This document shows positions 31,765 through 41,158 of a DNA stretch of 64,000 nt, in pieces (positions within the stretch are counted from its first letter, which is position 1; every line of letters starts with the position of its first letter). The stretch is from Candidatus Sumerlaeaceae bacterium (lineage in GTDB: Bacteria; Sumerlaeota; Sumerlaeia; Sumerlaeales; Sumerlaeaceae): NCBI GenBank assembly GCA_049968255.1, contig JBMFRB010000001.1, positions 96,001-160,000 of the forward strand, in the 5' to 3' direction. Under the pieces are notes generated by a model, which searched no databases, was not told the DNA's origin, and saw only the letters and a program-made list of their open reading frames with translations. The position numbers and the translations under genes are program-made.

Positions 31765-32884
31765 AGACGCCGAGAGTCTCGCGGACGGTGCGACGCCAAG
31801 TCAAGGCAGCAGCCGCCTGGCGGGCACGAGCCACACGCTCGGCGCGCAGTGTGTCGTCGCTAAGCAGACAGGCCACAGCCGCAGCGAGCGCACGCGGCGT
31901 CGGCTCAGCCAGAACATAAGCGCTCTCTGCCCCGGTGAAATCGAACACGCCACAATTGGCCGAAGAAACTACGGGGACACCCGCAGCCATTGCCTCGAGG
32001 ATCGGCATGCCGAAGCCTTCCATGTGAGGGGCCGCCACGTAAACCGTGGCATTGCGAAGAACAATCCCTAGCTCGCGACGCGAAAGATAGGGCAAGCAAT
32101 AGACCGAACTTCGCGCCCCTGCCGCCTCGCCGCGGTGGTTAGGCGCCGCTCCAATGCAGACAAGTGGAATGTCGATGGTAAACTCGTCGCGAAGCAAACG
32201 ATGCGCGGCAAGAAGAGCTGGGAAATTCTTCCGCCGCGAGCTCCCCCCTACCGTCAGCAGGTAAGAACTGTCTAGGCCGAGCTGCCGCAGAAATTGCTTA
32301 TCCGAGGGAAATTTCCGCAGAAAGAACCGCGAAGCTACGCCCCAGGGAATCACATGGAGCCGCTGCGAGAGCTCAGGAATAAGTGAACCGAAATGACGAC
32401 GGACTTGCTCGGCGGTTCGCCTCGACGGCACAATGATGCGCGAAACGTGGGGCATGCGCCGTGGAAGGCTCCTCTGAAAATAAGCATCGCCCCACGGCAA
32501 GTGCTCCGCTTGCTCCGGGGCGTCGAGAAAGAACAAATCGTGAATGGTGGCCACGAGCGGCATGCGGTGCGTCGGCGGGATGAACATTGCAGGGGCATGA
32601 AAAAGCTCGGCGTGCGGCGCCAACATCTCCGCACAAGGAAAATCAAAGCGTTGCCACACCTGAAGCAGGAGCGGCCCGGGCAAGCGCCTGCGCAGAATGC
32701 GGACGCGACGACGACTCAGCAGGGGTAAACGTGGCAGCCGTTGACGAAAGGAATGAAAAACATAAAGGAAGTCGAAATCCGACGACAGGAACGGCAAACG
32801 CGCAGCCAGTTCGAACGTTGCCGTCCCGATGCCCGTACGCACGGGTGTAGCGGTGCTCATGTCGAATGCGATTGTTGGGGCCAA
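31739..32884 (-). CDS. Glycosyltransferase family 4
   Basis: VATIHDL, RRKNFPALL, EGFGMPILEAMAAGVPVVSS. Confidence 0.9.
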   Translation of the reverse strand: MAPTIAFDMSTATPVRTGIGTATFELAARLPFLSSDFDFLYVFHSFRQRLPRLPLLSRRRVRILRRRLPGPLLLQVWQRFDFPCAEMLAPHAELFHAPAMFIPPTHRMPLVATIHDLFFLDAPEQAEHLPWGDAYFQRSLPRRMPHVSRIIVPSRRTAEQVRRHFGSLIPELSQRLHVIPWGVASRFFLRKFPSDKQFLRQLGLDSSYLLTVGGSSRRKNFPALLAAHRLLRDEFTIDIPLVCIGAAPNHRGEAAGARSSVYCLPYLSRRELGIVLRNATVYVAAPHMEGFGMPILEAMAAGVPVVSSANCGVFDFTGAESAYVLAEPTPRALAAAVACLLSDDTLRAERVARARQAAAALTWRRTVRETLGVYEEALKNQ

Positions 32885-33051
32885 TGTGTTCTGCTCCAGC
32901 TCGTAGCGGGATGTAGTGCCGTCATGGCCATGGGGGCAATGCTTTTCTCACCTCGGTGTGGCGAGCTAGATCCGTTCGAGATGTGACGCGACTTGCCACG
33001 GGGTAGCCCGATGAAGAGTGCCACGAACGTAGGTGAAGACAGGCTCCGCCT

Positions 33052-33885
33052 TCAGTAGAGGAACCACTCCCCGACGGCGGAAGATAAAGCTGGGGTGACA
33101 TCTTGCCACGCTGTGCCAACGCGGAGTTCGTCGAGCTCAAGCGAGAGCAAACTATTACCTGCTCCCTGGCGCACGCCAACACGTCCTAGCGCCGTCAGGT
33201 CCTGAAGGGCAGCTTTGGTCACGTCCGGTGTGGGCGATGCGGATTGGCCCAGAGGCGGATTGACCCAGAGATAGGTCATATCGTCGTTTACATCGCCATT
33301 GAACGCGTAGGCGACGACGACGAAGACGGGGACTTCCACATCGAACTGTGAACTTCCCCACTGCGGCGTGTCGGTGTTTGCATTTGCGAGACCGAGCTGA
33401 AATTTCGATGCGCTGCTCCCCTGGCGGACGTAAAGACGTGCGCGAAAATCTTGAGCTCCTGCGCCGGCGCTTGAAAAGTGAAAGATATAGTCCCCGGTGG
33501 TATTGCCAGGATTGCTGACTTTGAGCACAAACGATGCGTAAACGCTAGCGCTGCTTTGATTCGTCACGTCATGGCCGGCATCCTGATAATTGCTTCCGTT
33601 GCCAAATGTGATTTTTCCACCGGACGAAGGCGGCAGTCCGAAATAGCTTAGCGAACTTGTGGCGACCTGGATCGGGGAACTCGTGCCTGTGCCAGTTTGA
33701 GTCCAGTCTCCTTGGCCAACAAGGTTGCCGCTGCCGTAGGCAAATGGCTCGTGCCAAGGCAGGGATTGTTGGGCGAAAGCACTGGCCGTGGCAAGAATGG
33801 CTACAGAAAAAAGCGAGCCCAGCCATATAGTGCCAAAATTGCAGTTTTGCTTCTTATCACGCACTGCGTCACCTCCGAGAAACAC
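33052..33885 (-). CDS. Secreted beta-sandwich (LamG/jelly-roll-like) protein, paralog 1, with C-terminal W-tail (start uncertain)
   Basis: Signal peptide ..AILATASAFA|QQSLP. Shares GNLVG, VYASF, FSSAG, W.NP, RQG and LDELR motifs with two neighbours. Ends SAVGEWFLY. Confidence 0.8.
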   Translation of the reverse strand: MFLGGDAVRDKKQNCNFGTIWLGSLFSVAILATASAFAQQSLPWHEPFAYGSGNLVGQGDWTQTGTGTSSPIQVATSSLSYFGLPPSSGGKITFGNGSNYQDAGHDVTNQSSASVYASFVLKVSNPGNTTGDYIFHFSSAGAGAQDFRARLYVRQGSSASKFQLGLANANTDTPQWGSSQFDVEVPVFVVVAYAFNGDVNDDMTYLWVNPPLGQSASPTPDVTKAALQDLTALGRVGVRQGAGNSLLSLELDELRVGTAWQDVTPALSSAVGEWFLY

Positions 33886-34145
33886 CGTTCCCGTGCATCA
33901 GAAGATGAAGACGCACTCGCGGCGCCTAACTTTGCCGACCTCGTCGCTCACCTTATCGTCAGCGAGGGCTGGGCTTAGCAACCTTTGCTAGATAATCGCA
34001 GGGCACAAAGCAAGGAAAATAGACAGGAAACTTCGTCACATGACATGAGGCAACCACGTAACCAACAAAACGAGATGCGCCCCGCGCCACACGCTATTCG
34101 CCTTTGCGCTGCGAACCCGCGACATGCCCCAACGCCTGCGCCACG

Positions 34146-34769
34146 CTAAAACCCAAGAAAAAGCTTGGCGCGATTCCAAAATGTATTGGGGACGGGGAAG
34201 TACTTCCCAGACTCTCGACAAATCGTGTCGGTCAATAAAGGCTTGAGCCGTTGAAGATCGCGCGCGTTTTTCTCCAGCATTTCTGATTTTTTATTCACGC
34301 GATTGGCAATCTCAGCATATAGGGCACCTATGCCGACCACTGGTATCGAGCGGCCATGCAGAAGGGCACGCGTTTCTCCGAGCACGTGCGGCTCCCACCG
34401 AACGATGATGCGAGGGGTCACCGTTGCAAGCACTCCATTCCACAGCCGCCGGAAAAACGTAACCTCCACCGATGCACCGCGAAACAGGAATTCAAGTTTG
34501 TGGGAGGTTTCTTTGATGAGGGCGTGGCCAAACTGTTCGCGCACCCAAGGACGATCTTTCTCGTCCGCGAGAAGATCGATATCCTTGTGGGACCGGCTGG
34601 TGCCCGTCAATGCATCAATGGCCCAGCCCCCATGAACCCACACTCTTACGCCTCCTTGCTCCATTCGGTCAAGAAGGGCAAAGAGTACTTCTACGAGAAC
34701 GCCTTGCGCCTCGGTCGCTGTAGCCTGCGGCAATCTCTCTGCTTGCTCTGATGGAGTGGAATAATCCAT
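34146..34769 (-). CDS. Nucleotidyltransferase, ANT(2'')/lincosamide-NTase-like
   Basis: VWVHGGWAIDALTG..RSHKDIDL matches the GGWxxD...RxHxDxD signature. Confidence 0.75.
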   Translation of the reverse strand: MDYSTPSEQAERLPQATATEAQGVLVEVLFALLDRMEQGGVRVWVHGGWAIDALTGTSRSHKDIDLLADEKDRPWVREQFGHALIKETSHKLEFLFRGASVEVTFFRRLWNGVLATVTPRIIVRWEPHVLGETRALLHGRSIPVVGIGALYAEIANRVNKKSEMLEKNARDLQRLKPLLTDTICRESGKYFPVPNTFWNRAKLFLGF

Positions 34770-34925
34770 AAAATGATAATTTGTTCTGCTCTCCTGAAGC
34801 TTGCTATGCCGAATCTTCTGCCGACATCGTATTCACAAGCTACCTACAGTAGACCAAGGAAAAATGCTCCTAAGTTCTGTAAGCGAAAACAAACAGGTGA
34901 TCTCAAAGGCTGCCCAAAAGTGGAA

Positions 34926-35753
34926 TTATTCCACGGTCCAAGCAGCTAGCACAATCGGCAACGTGACCTCTGACCATGACGTCGACAGGCGCAACTCGTC
35001 AAGCTGAAGGCTCAGTCCTGTGCTCGATTGTCCCTGACGCAGGCCGATGCGGCCGACGTACGACAGCTCGGAATTTGTTGTCGCCTGGAGAGTCGCTGGC
35101 GGGGGAGTCTCTTGCTTAAGGGCCGGGTTGATCCACAATGCCGCGACATCGTCGTTCGTCGCGGGATTAAACGTGTAACCGACCACAAGAAGAAGTGGCG
35201 TGCCCACATTATACTCCACAGAATCGTAGACTGTTGAGTCTGTGGCGGCGTTGCGTACGCCAAAGATGACTTTACTAGCGCTCGAGCCACGCTTTGCGTA
35301 GACTATAGCATGAAAATCTGTTGCGCTGGTTCCTGCGCTGGAGAAGTGCAGAAAAGCATCGCCCGTTGTTGTTCCCGGATTGACGACGTTGACAACGAAC
35401 GACGCGTAAACACTCCCAGAGACCTGCGGTGTCAGATCGAGGCCGACATCTTCATAATTTGAACCATTGCCGAGACTCACTTTTCCGCCCGTCGCGCCTG
35501 GCAGTCCTGCATAGGACAGTGATCCGGTGCTCACTTGCACGGGCGAGACACTTTGTGAGCCCGTTCGCGTCCAAATCGCTGTTCCATTGCTCTGCCCCAC
35601 TAGGTTTCCCGTTGCGTAAGCAAAGCCTTCGTAAAAGGGCAACGACGCTTGCGAAAACACATTGGCGTAGGAAAGAGAAAGTAAGATCATAAAGCTCGCT
35701 ATTACACAACGGCTGGGTCGTGCTGAGGACGAAGAGATAAGTTTTGCACTCAT
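34926..35753 (-). CDS. Secreted beta-sandwich protein, paralog 2, with C-terminal W-tail
   Basis: Signal peptide ..SLSYANVFS|QASLP; same motifs as paralogs 1 and 3. Ends PIVLAAWTVE. Confidence 0.8.
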   Translation of the reverse strand: MSAKLISSSSARPSRCVIASFMILLSLSYANVFSQASLPFYEGFAYATGNLVGQSNGTAIWTRTGSQSVSPVQVSTGSLSYAGLPGATGGKVSLGNGSNYEDVGLDLTPQVSGSVYASFVVNVVNPGTTTGDAFLHFSSAGTSATDFHAIVYAKRGSSASKVIFGVRNAATDSTVYDSVEYNVGTPLLLVVGYTFNPATNDDVAALWINPALKQETPPPATLQATTNSELSYVGRIGLRQGQSSTGLSLQLDELRLSTSWSEVTLPIVLAAWTVE

Positions 35754-36084
35754 ATGCCACCTTCCGCTATAAGCTCTGCGAGCGCGAAGGTGACGCGAAC
35801 CATCGAGACAAGGCACAGACATTGTCGCTGGGCGTGTGCCAAGCTCTGGCGAGCTCTTCACATCCGCGCAGATTTGTGAAGCAGGAAACAAAATCGAGAG
35901 TTTTACATGCAAACAAAATATACAGGGGACAAATCCCCCCTCTACAAAGGTTACGCGGTGGGCCACTGAGCGCAAATTCCTAGAAGCTCAGACGAGCACC
36001 GTCATTACGACAAAGGGTATGTGAAATGCGATCGCGGACGCGAGTTGTCTGCCGTGGCCCACGGCACCTCAGGCGGGTGTGATT

Positions 36085-36714
36085 CTAGTTGCGTACCCGT
36101 TCACGAGCGCGCTGCATAATTTCGGCGTCGAGCAGTTTCACGGACTCTGAAAGTTGACGGTACTTTTCTCGCAGCTCGTCTGGTGAACTCGCCGCAAGCA
36201 GCTCTTCGGCCATTTTCGATAGACTTTCGAGTTTTTCTTGAAGTTCGGCCTGCTCGCGGTCGCTGGCGAGCAGGCGCGCCCCCATGTACTTGTCTTCCAG
36301 GGCCAAGATCGCGGCCTGAACGGACTCCACCTGCTGGGTCGTCACGCGGTCGGTGATGGTTACCGGGATTTTGTCGAGCGCATCAAGCACATCCTGAATG
36401 GGAGAGGGCGCGGCCGTCGTTGTCGCCACAACACCCGCTGAAGTCTCTTGCGTTTCCCCATGCTTGGTTTGTGCAGCTCCACTCAGGCGAGCAGTGGCTC
36501 GAGTGTCCGCCTGAGGGCTCTGCATCTTTTCCACGTGTGCTGGCTTGGCTTTCGATTTCTCGAAGTGTTCTTGCGAGGATGCGGACTGGCCCACACCGCT
36601 TTGTTTACCTTCCCCACAACCGCCTAGAAACAGAGCGGTGATAAATATTCCGCACAACAACTCGCCTGGCGCCGAAAGGCGGTACATCCACACCATAAGG
36701 ATCAAAACCTCCAC
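36085..36714 (-). CDS. Putative lipoprotein with helical C-terminal region
   Basis: Hydrophobic stretch with lipobox LGGC, a low-complexity linker and a coiled-coil-like C-terminus. Confidence 0.6.
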   Translation of the reverse strand: MEVLILMVWMYRLSAPGELLCGIFITALFLGGCGEGKQSGVGQSASSQEHFEKSKAKPAHVEKMQSPQADTRATARLSGAAQTKHGETQETSAGVVATTTAAPSPIQDVLDALDKIPVTITDRVTTQQVESVQAAILALEDKYMGARLLASDREQAELQEKLESLSKMAEELLAASSPDELREKYRQLSESVKLLDAEIMQRARERVRN

Positions 36715-37089
36715 GGGGAAAGTGTCCGCGTGCTACTTTCACTTTGGACTCTGGCGGGGGTGGGTGGACGCTGCAAGAGAATTGTGCGCCGGATGCCCTG
36801 GCCGGCGGAGCGCAAAGGACTTTGTCACTGCAATCAAAACCGGACTTGTCACGTCTCCGGAAGGTGCAGTCTTTCGCAGAGGTCCCTAAGCTTGGCATTG
36901 GTCAAAGGCTGCCAATACAGACTGTAGAGCTGGAACACAAAAAAGTGCGTGCGGGGAAATGCCCGCACGCACAGTAATGTCTTCTTGTCTCTTCCCTCAA
37001 CGACCGGCGTGGCCGTTGCGCCGGTCGAACTTCCTACGCGACGAGTGAGCCCACCGAAACGTCCGACGGCCCTGCTCGTCGGCGGACTC

Positions 37090-37890
37090 TTAGTACAAGG
37101 TCCAGTCGTCCACGCCGGCATTCGTAGGCGTGACATCAGTCCAGGACGTGGAAACCCGCAATTCATCCAACTCAATCACCTGAGAGGTAGAGGAGCCCCC
37201 TTGGCGCAGATTGACGCGTCCCACTGCTGCGAGATCCTGCGATGCTGTTGCAGTCAGATCCGCAGAGGGGGGCGAAGTCTGCCCCAGCACGGGATTGATC
37301 CACATCGAGCTGCTGTCATCGCCAGGAGCGAAGTTGTAAGCCACAACGACGAACACGGGCGTGCCCACAGGGAGATCGTTGCTCTGCTGGATCGTGTCGG
37401 AACTTCCGTGGCGTAGTCCGAGCTTGAAGTTCCCCGATGTAGTACCAAGCTGAACATAAACGCGAGTCCGGTAATCTGATGAGCCTGTTCCCGCTGAGGA
37501 GAAATTGAAGATATAGTCGCCGGTTGTAACCGTTCCCGGATTCACTACATTGAGAATAAACGAGGCGTAAACGGTTTGGGTGGTCGAGGCGACATCAATT
37601 CCTGGGTCTTCATAGCCGCTACCATTGAGCAGTTGGACTTTGTTCCCCTGGGAAGCAGGGAGCCCGCTATAGGCGAGGGAGCCGCTGAGGACCTGCACGG
37701 TCGACGATGTATTTGTCCCCGTCCGTTGCCACGTGCCGCCAGCAATTGTGTTGCCCACGAGATTGCCTGTAGGATAGTTGAAATGTTCCACGAGGGGAAG
37801 CGACGCTTGCGCCGAGGCGAGAGAAGCGCCCGCGACAAAGGTCGCGACAGCAACTACACTTTTCCACACGGAGGCGAGATGTGCTTTCAT
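37090..37890 (-). CDS. Secreted beta-sandwich protein, paralog 3, with C-terminal W-tail
   Basis: Signal peptide MKAHLASVWKSVVAVATFVAGASLASA|QASLP; RBS AAGGAG. Ends AGVDDWTLY. Confidence 0.85.
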   Translation of the reverse strand: MKAHLASVWKSVVAVATFVAGASLASAQASLPLVEHFNYPTGNLVGNTIAGGTWQRTGTNTSSTVQVLSGSLAYSGLPASQGNKVQLLNGSGYEDPGIDVASTTQTVYASFILNVVNPGTVTTGDYIFNFSSAGTGSSDYRTRVYVQLGTTSGNFKLGLRHGSSDTIQQSNDLPVGTPVFVVVAYNFAPGDDSSSMWINPVLGQTSPPSADLTATASQDLAAVGRVNLRQGGSSTSQVIELDELRVSTSWTDVTPTNAGVDDWTLY

Positions 37891-39019
37891 CAGAGTTTCT
37901 CCTTATCGTGATTTGCGAAAGCAGGGACGGTTATCTTACCATTTTCCGCGGTTCTGCACCGGAGTACGGCCACTCTCCGGAGCACTTGCGCACGAAAAAG
38001 AACGCCGTCCTCTGCTTTCAAAACCCTGCAGTAATTCTTACGCCATTTGCATATATTCAAGTCAAAATGCCAGATTCGCTCTCTTGGATGGCTTTCACCA
38101 TCGTGTCACAACAAAATACGGGGCGGTGCGCAATGCCCTTCCATATAGGTTTTTCAGCAGTGTATCAGCCCAAAACCTCCGCGCCGAGCGTGCTGTGAAG
38201 TCGGTGAGCGTCGCAGCGATCAATGCGCGCGAGGCCCGCCTTGGTGCAAAAGCGAGTTCTCCGCGCACGCAAAACACGTACTGGCCGCGGCTGTGGTGAT
38301 TATCATGTTATCAAGATTATTAGATATGTGTGGATGAGAAGACGAGTAAGGATTACCTAGCACGGGTTGGGGATGCGGCGCAGATTCCCACCAGACATGT
38401 CATGCAAGCACAAAGAGACACCATAAGCGAACAACAAGCTATGCGCACGGATGCCCATCGCCTGGGGGAATAACTTGGAAAAGCTAATGAAAATTCTCGG
38501 GGGGTAGTGGATGCACTATGGCATGAGGGCAAGATCTCCAAGATCTCTGTGACTTTTTATGATGAGGAGCAAGGTAGCTGAAAAAGTGACACAGGGGTGA
38601 CATCCAGGAGCTCGAATACCAATGAGCCTAGGCCGTAGCGAGATTGACGGAAAAACGGAGGGGACGGCGCTTATTCGCTTCGCCGGTCAATTTTTTTCGA
38701 TTTTTGTCCGGTTAGCATAGACAGGCGTGAGGGCAGCAAGGGAAAAAACAGACCGGCGACAGGGCAGACCATACGAATCATGCATTGCCAAACTGCGATT
38801 TAGCTGGAGTCGGAGCGAGCTGCTGTGCTGCGCTTCATTTTTTTTGTCATTAGTGCAAAATTGGGTTGACTGACGCCGTAAGTTTGACATAAGGATACCT
38901 GTTGCGTTGAAGGAAGAAGCAACAAATTTTCGCAGCGTTTGCCCACGGGCGTTGCGCGTCTGCTTCTTCTTAGCCACGCGATGATTACACAACAAAACCA
39001 TGAGAAAGGAGTACGCCTC

Positions 39020-40684
39020 ATGAAAAAGCAATTCCTGGCGATGGCGGGTGCGCTCGCAGCCACCGCTTCCTTGTCATTCGCCATACCTTTCGACAACTCA
39101 GCTGGCGGCCCAGTCGTGGCCACGGTCGGCCCAAATGCTGGTGACGACTACACGTCGCTTTCGGCGGCTGCAGCGGCATTCAGCGCGGTGTCGGGCGGCA
39201 TCAACCGCGAATGGACGCTCCAAATCACGGGCGACCTGACCGAGACGACAGCCAGCTACTTCGGCAACACGTTCGGGCCAGGTGCGAAGCTGATCATCAA
39301 GCCCGCACCAAGCACACAACCGACGATCACGTTCAGAATTCCAAGCACCCCTTCGGGCATTTATGGTGACGTGGTGTTTGGTGTCAGCGACGGGAACGTT
39401 CCTACCGCCGCAAACGACAGGCCGTCCGATGGCAACTACGTGATTGACGGCTCGAACACGCCGGGGGGCACCACGCGCGACCTAACCTTCCAGATTCCCT
39501 CCACGCAAAATGATCCGATGCTGCGTGTGATTCGCATCTGGGGCGACACCAAGAACATGGTGATCAAGAATATGAAGATCATCACGCGTGATAGCAGTGG
39601 TAACTCCCATTGCATCGGGCTGGCTAGCGGGCAAACGAGTGATGCCACGCCAGTTCCTCGACGCGTCCAAGGATTGCTCATTGAGAACTGCTATCTCGAG
39701 GCTATTCCTGCGGGCACGAGTGGCTTCGGTGTCGACTCGAGCCTCACAGGAAACAGCACACTGCCGGCTGGACAGTGCCAGGAGAACATCATTGTACGCA
39801 ATTGCGACATCGTAGGCAAGCAGCGCGGCATTTTCCTGCACATGGCGTCGGGGACCCTGGAAAACAACAGGATCTCGGTGGAGCAGGGAACTGGGGCAGG
39901 AGTCTCTTATGCTGGCATCTTCCCGTTCCAGAACAACACGACGCCTGGTGGGAGTGTGATCATTCGCAACAACGTGGTAAAGGTCACATGCCCTTCGACA
40001 TCGGCTGGGCAGGGGGCTTACGGGATTCTTTACGACAGCGGCATGAATGGAACTGCGGTGGATATTTACAACAATATCCTCAAGGATTTCAGTTTCACCT
40101 CTGCGTCAGCAGTTGACCTGATCTACCGCGGCATCAGCGTTGGCACAGCCGGCTCGACCGCAACAGTAGAGCATAACTCGTTAGATCTGGCGGCCAACAA
40201 CACCGCAGTGAGCGCTGCCACGGCGGGTCGAGTGGCAGGAATTGCGATCCCGGTGACGATGACGACAGCAACGGCTGCCGTGCGGAACAACATCGTGCGC
40301 ATGGGCAATACGGGTGCGACGGCAACCTGCATCTACCTGGCGGCAACAACGAACGTGATCAGCGAGGGTAACGACCTTGTTCCTAATGGTTCGCCAAATA
40401 CAGGGCGAGTTGGGGCCACAGCCTATGCCAGCTTGGGGGATTGGCAAGGTGCTGGATTCGATCTGCCGGCATCGGGTGCTCAGAGTGTGGATCCGTCGTC
40501 GGTGGTTCCGGCGTGGGATGCCAATCTGCACTTCTCGCTGAAGCCGGTCGGGCTTGGCACAGTGGCCAGCTCGACGGTTCTTACGGACGTTGACGGGGAT
40601 GCTCGTCCGGCTACAGGTGCGTATCCTGGTGCGGATGAGCCACCTGGTCCGGCAGCAGGCGTGGCTGACTGGGCGCTCTTCTAA
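39020..40684 (+). CDS. Secreted parallel beta-helix (pectin-lyase-fold) protein with choice-of-anchor-Q-like end and C-terminal W-tail
   Basis: RBS AAAGGAG; signal peptide MKKQFLAMAGALAATASLSFA. Repeated I-x-N-N/C beta-helix rungs (IENC, VRNC, LENN, IRNN, IYNN, VEHN, VRNN); DVDGDARP..YPGADE. Ends AGVADWALF. Confidence 0.8.
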   Translation: MKKQFLAMAGALAATASLSFAIPFDNSAGGPVVATVGPNAGDDYTSLSAAAAAFSAVSGGINREWTLQITGDLTETTASYFGNTFGPGAKLIIKPAPSTQPTITFRIPSTPSGIYGDVVFGVSDGNVPTAANDRPSDGNYVIDGSNTPGGTTRDLTFQIPSTQNDPMLRVIRIWGDTKNMVIKNMKIITRDSSGNSHCIGLASGQTSDATPVPRRVQGLLIENCYLEAIPAGTSGFGVDSSLTGNSTLPAGQCQENIIVRNCDIVGKQRGIFLHMASGTLENNRISVEQGTGAGVSYAGIFPFQNNTTPGGSVIIRNNVVKVTCPSTSAGQGAYGILYDSGMNGTAVDIYNNILKDFSFTSASAVDLIYRGISVGTAGSTATVEHNSLDLAANNTAVSAATAGRVAGIAIPVTMTTATAAVRNNIVRMGNTGATATCIYLAATTNVISEGNDLVPNGSPNTGRVGATAYASLGDWQGAGFDLPASGAQSVDPSSVVPAWDANLHFSLKPVGLGTVASSTVLTDVDGDARPATGAYPGADEPPGPAAGVADWALF

Positions 40685-40752
40685 GAGCGGCTGGCGCTGG
40701 GCGCCAAGCGCACCGAACGCCTTTTCGGCCGTGGGCGAAAAGGAGTGTCTGG

Positions 40753-40789
40753 AGAGGGCGGTTCGCAAGTGCCGCCCTCTTTCTTTCTT
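40753..40789 (+). terminator. Intrinsic terminator after the beta-helix gene
   Basis: Stem AGAGGGCGGT/GCCGCCCTCT followed by TTCTTTCTT. Confidence 0.75.
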
Positions 40790-41076
40790 GGGTGCTATTT
40801 CTCCTTGGTGATGTCGGAAAATCCTTGAGGCAAGTGCGAGGAGAAGAAGATGCTGGTAAACAGGAGAACCACGAAACAGACTTAACGGCTTTTCTTACGT
40901 TCCTCGTTTGCTCTCTCCGCTTATTCCCTCCTCCCTTTCGCGCCCTTTGATCTGCGGAAGGCTATCTATTGTTCATGAGGCTAAAAGAGAGAGAGTTTTA
41001 TATGGCGAGGGTGTTCGGAGGGATTTCGTTTTTTTCTGCTGGGTGTGAGGAAAATTTGGTGGTGGCTGTAGAGTTT

Positions 41077-41096
41077 TATAGAACAAATGTTCTATA
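41077..41096. promoter_or_regulatory. LexA (SOS) box, GAAC-N4-GTTC type
   Basis: Palindrome TATAGAAC-AAAT-GTTCTATA about 60 bp upstream of the dinB/imuB-dnaE2 cassette. Confidence 0.75.
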
Positions 41097-41158
41097 TATT
41101 TCCGGGCAACTGTCTCCAATGAGACAGCGAGAGGATTTGAGCTGCGGAGGACAAGGAG

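Noticed and set aside
33052-40684. W-tails as BAM beta-signals of outer-membrane barrels
   Set aside because: Two of the five tails end in Glu, and the proteins look like soluble sandwich, beta-helix or flavoprotein folds rather than barrels.
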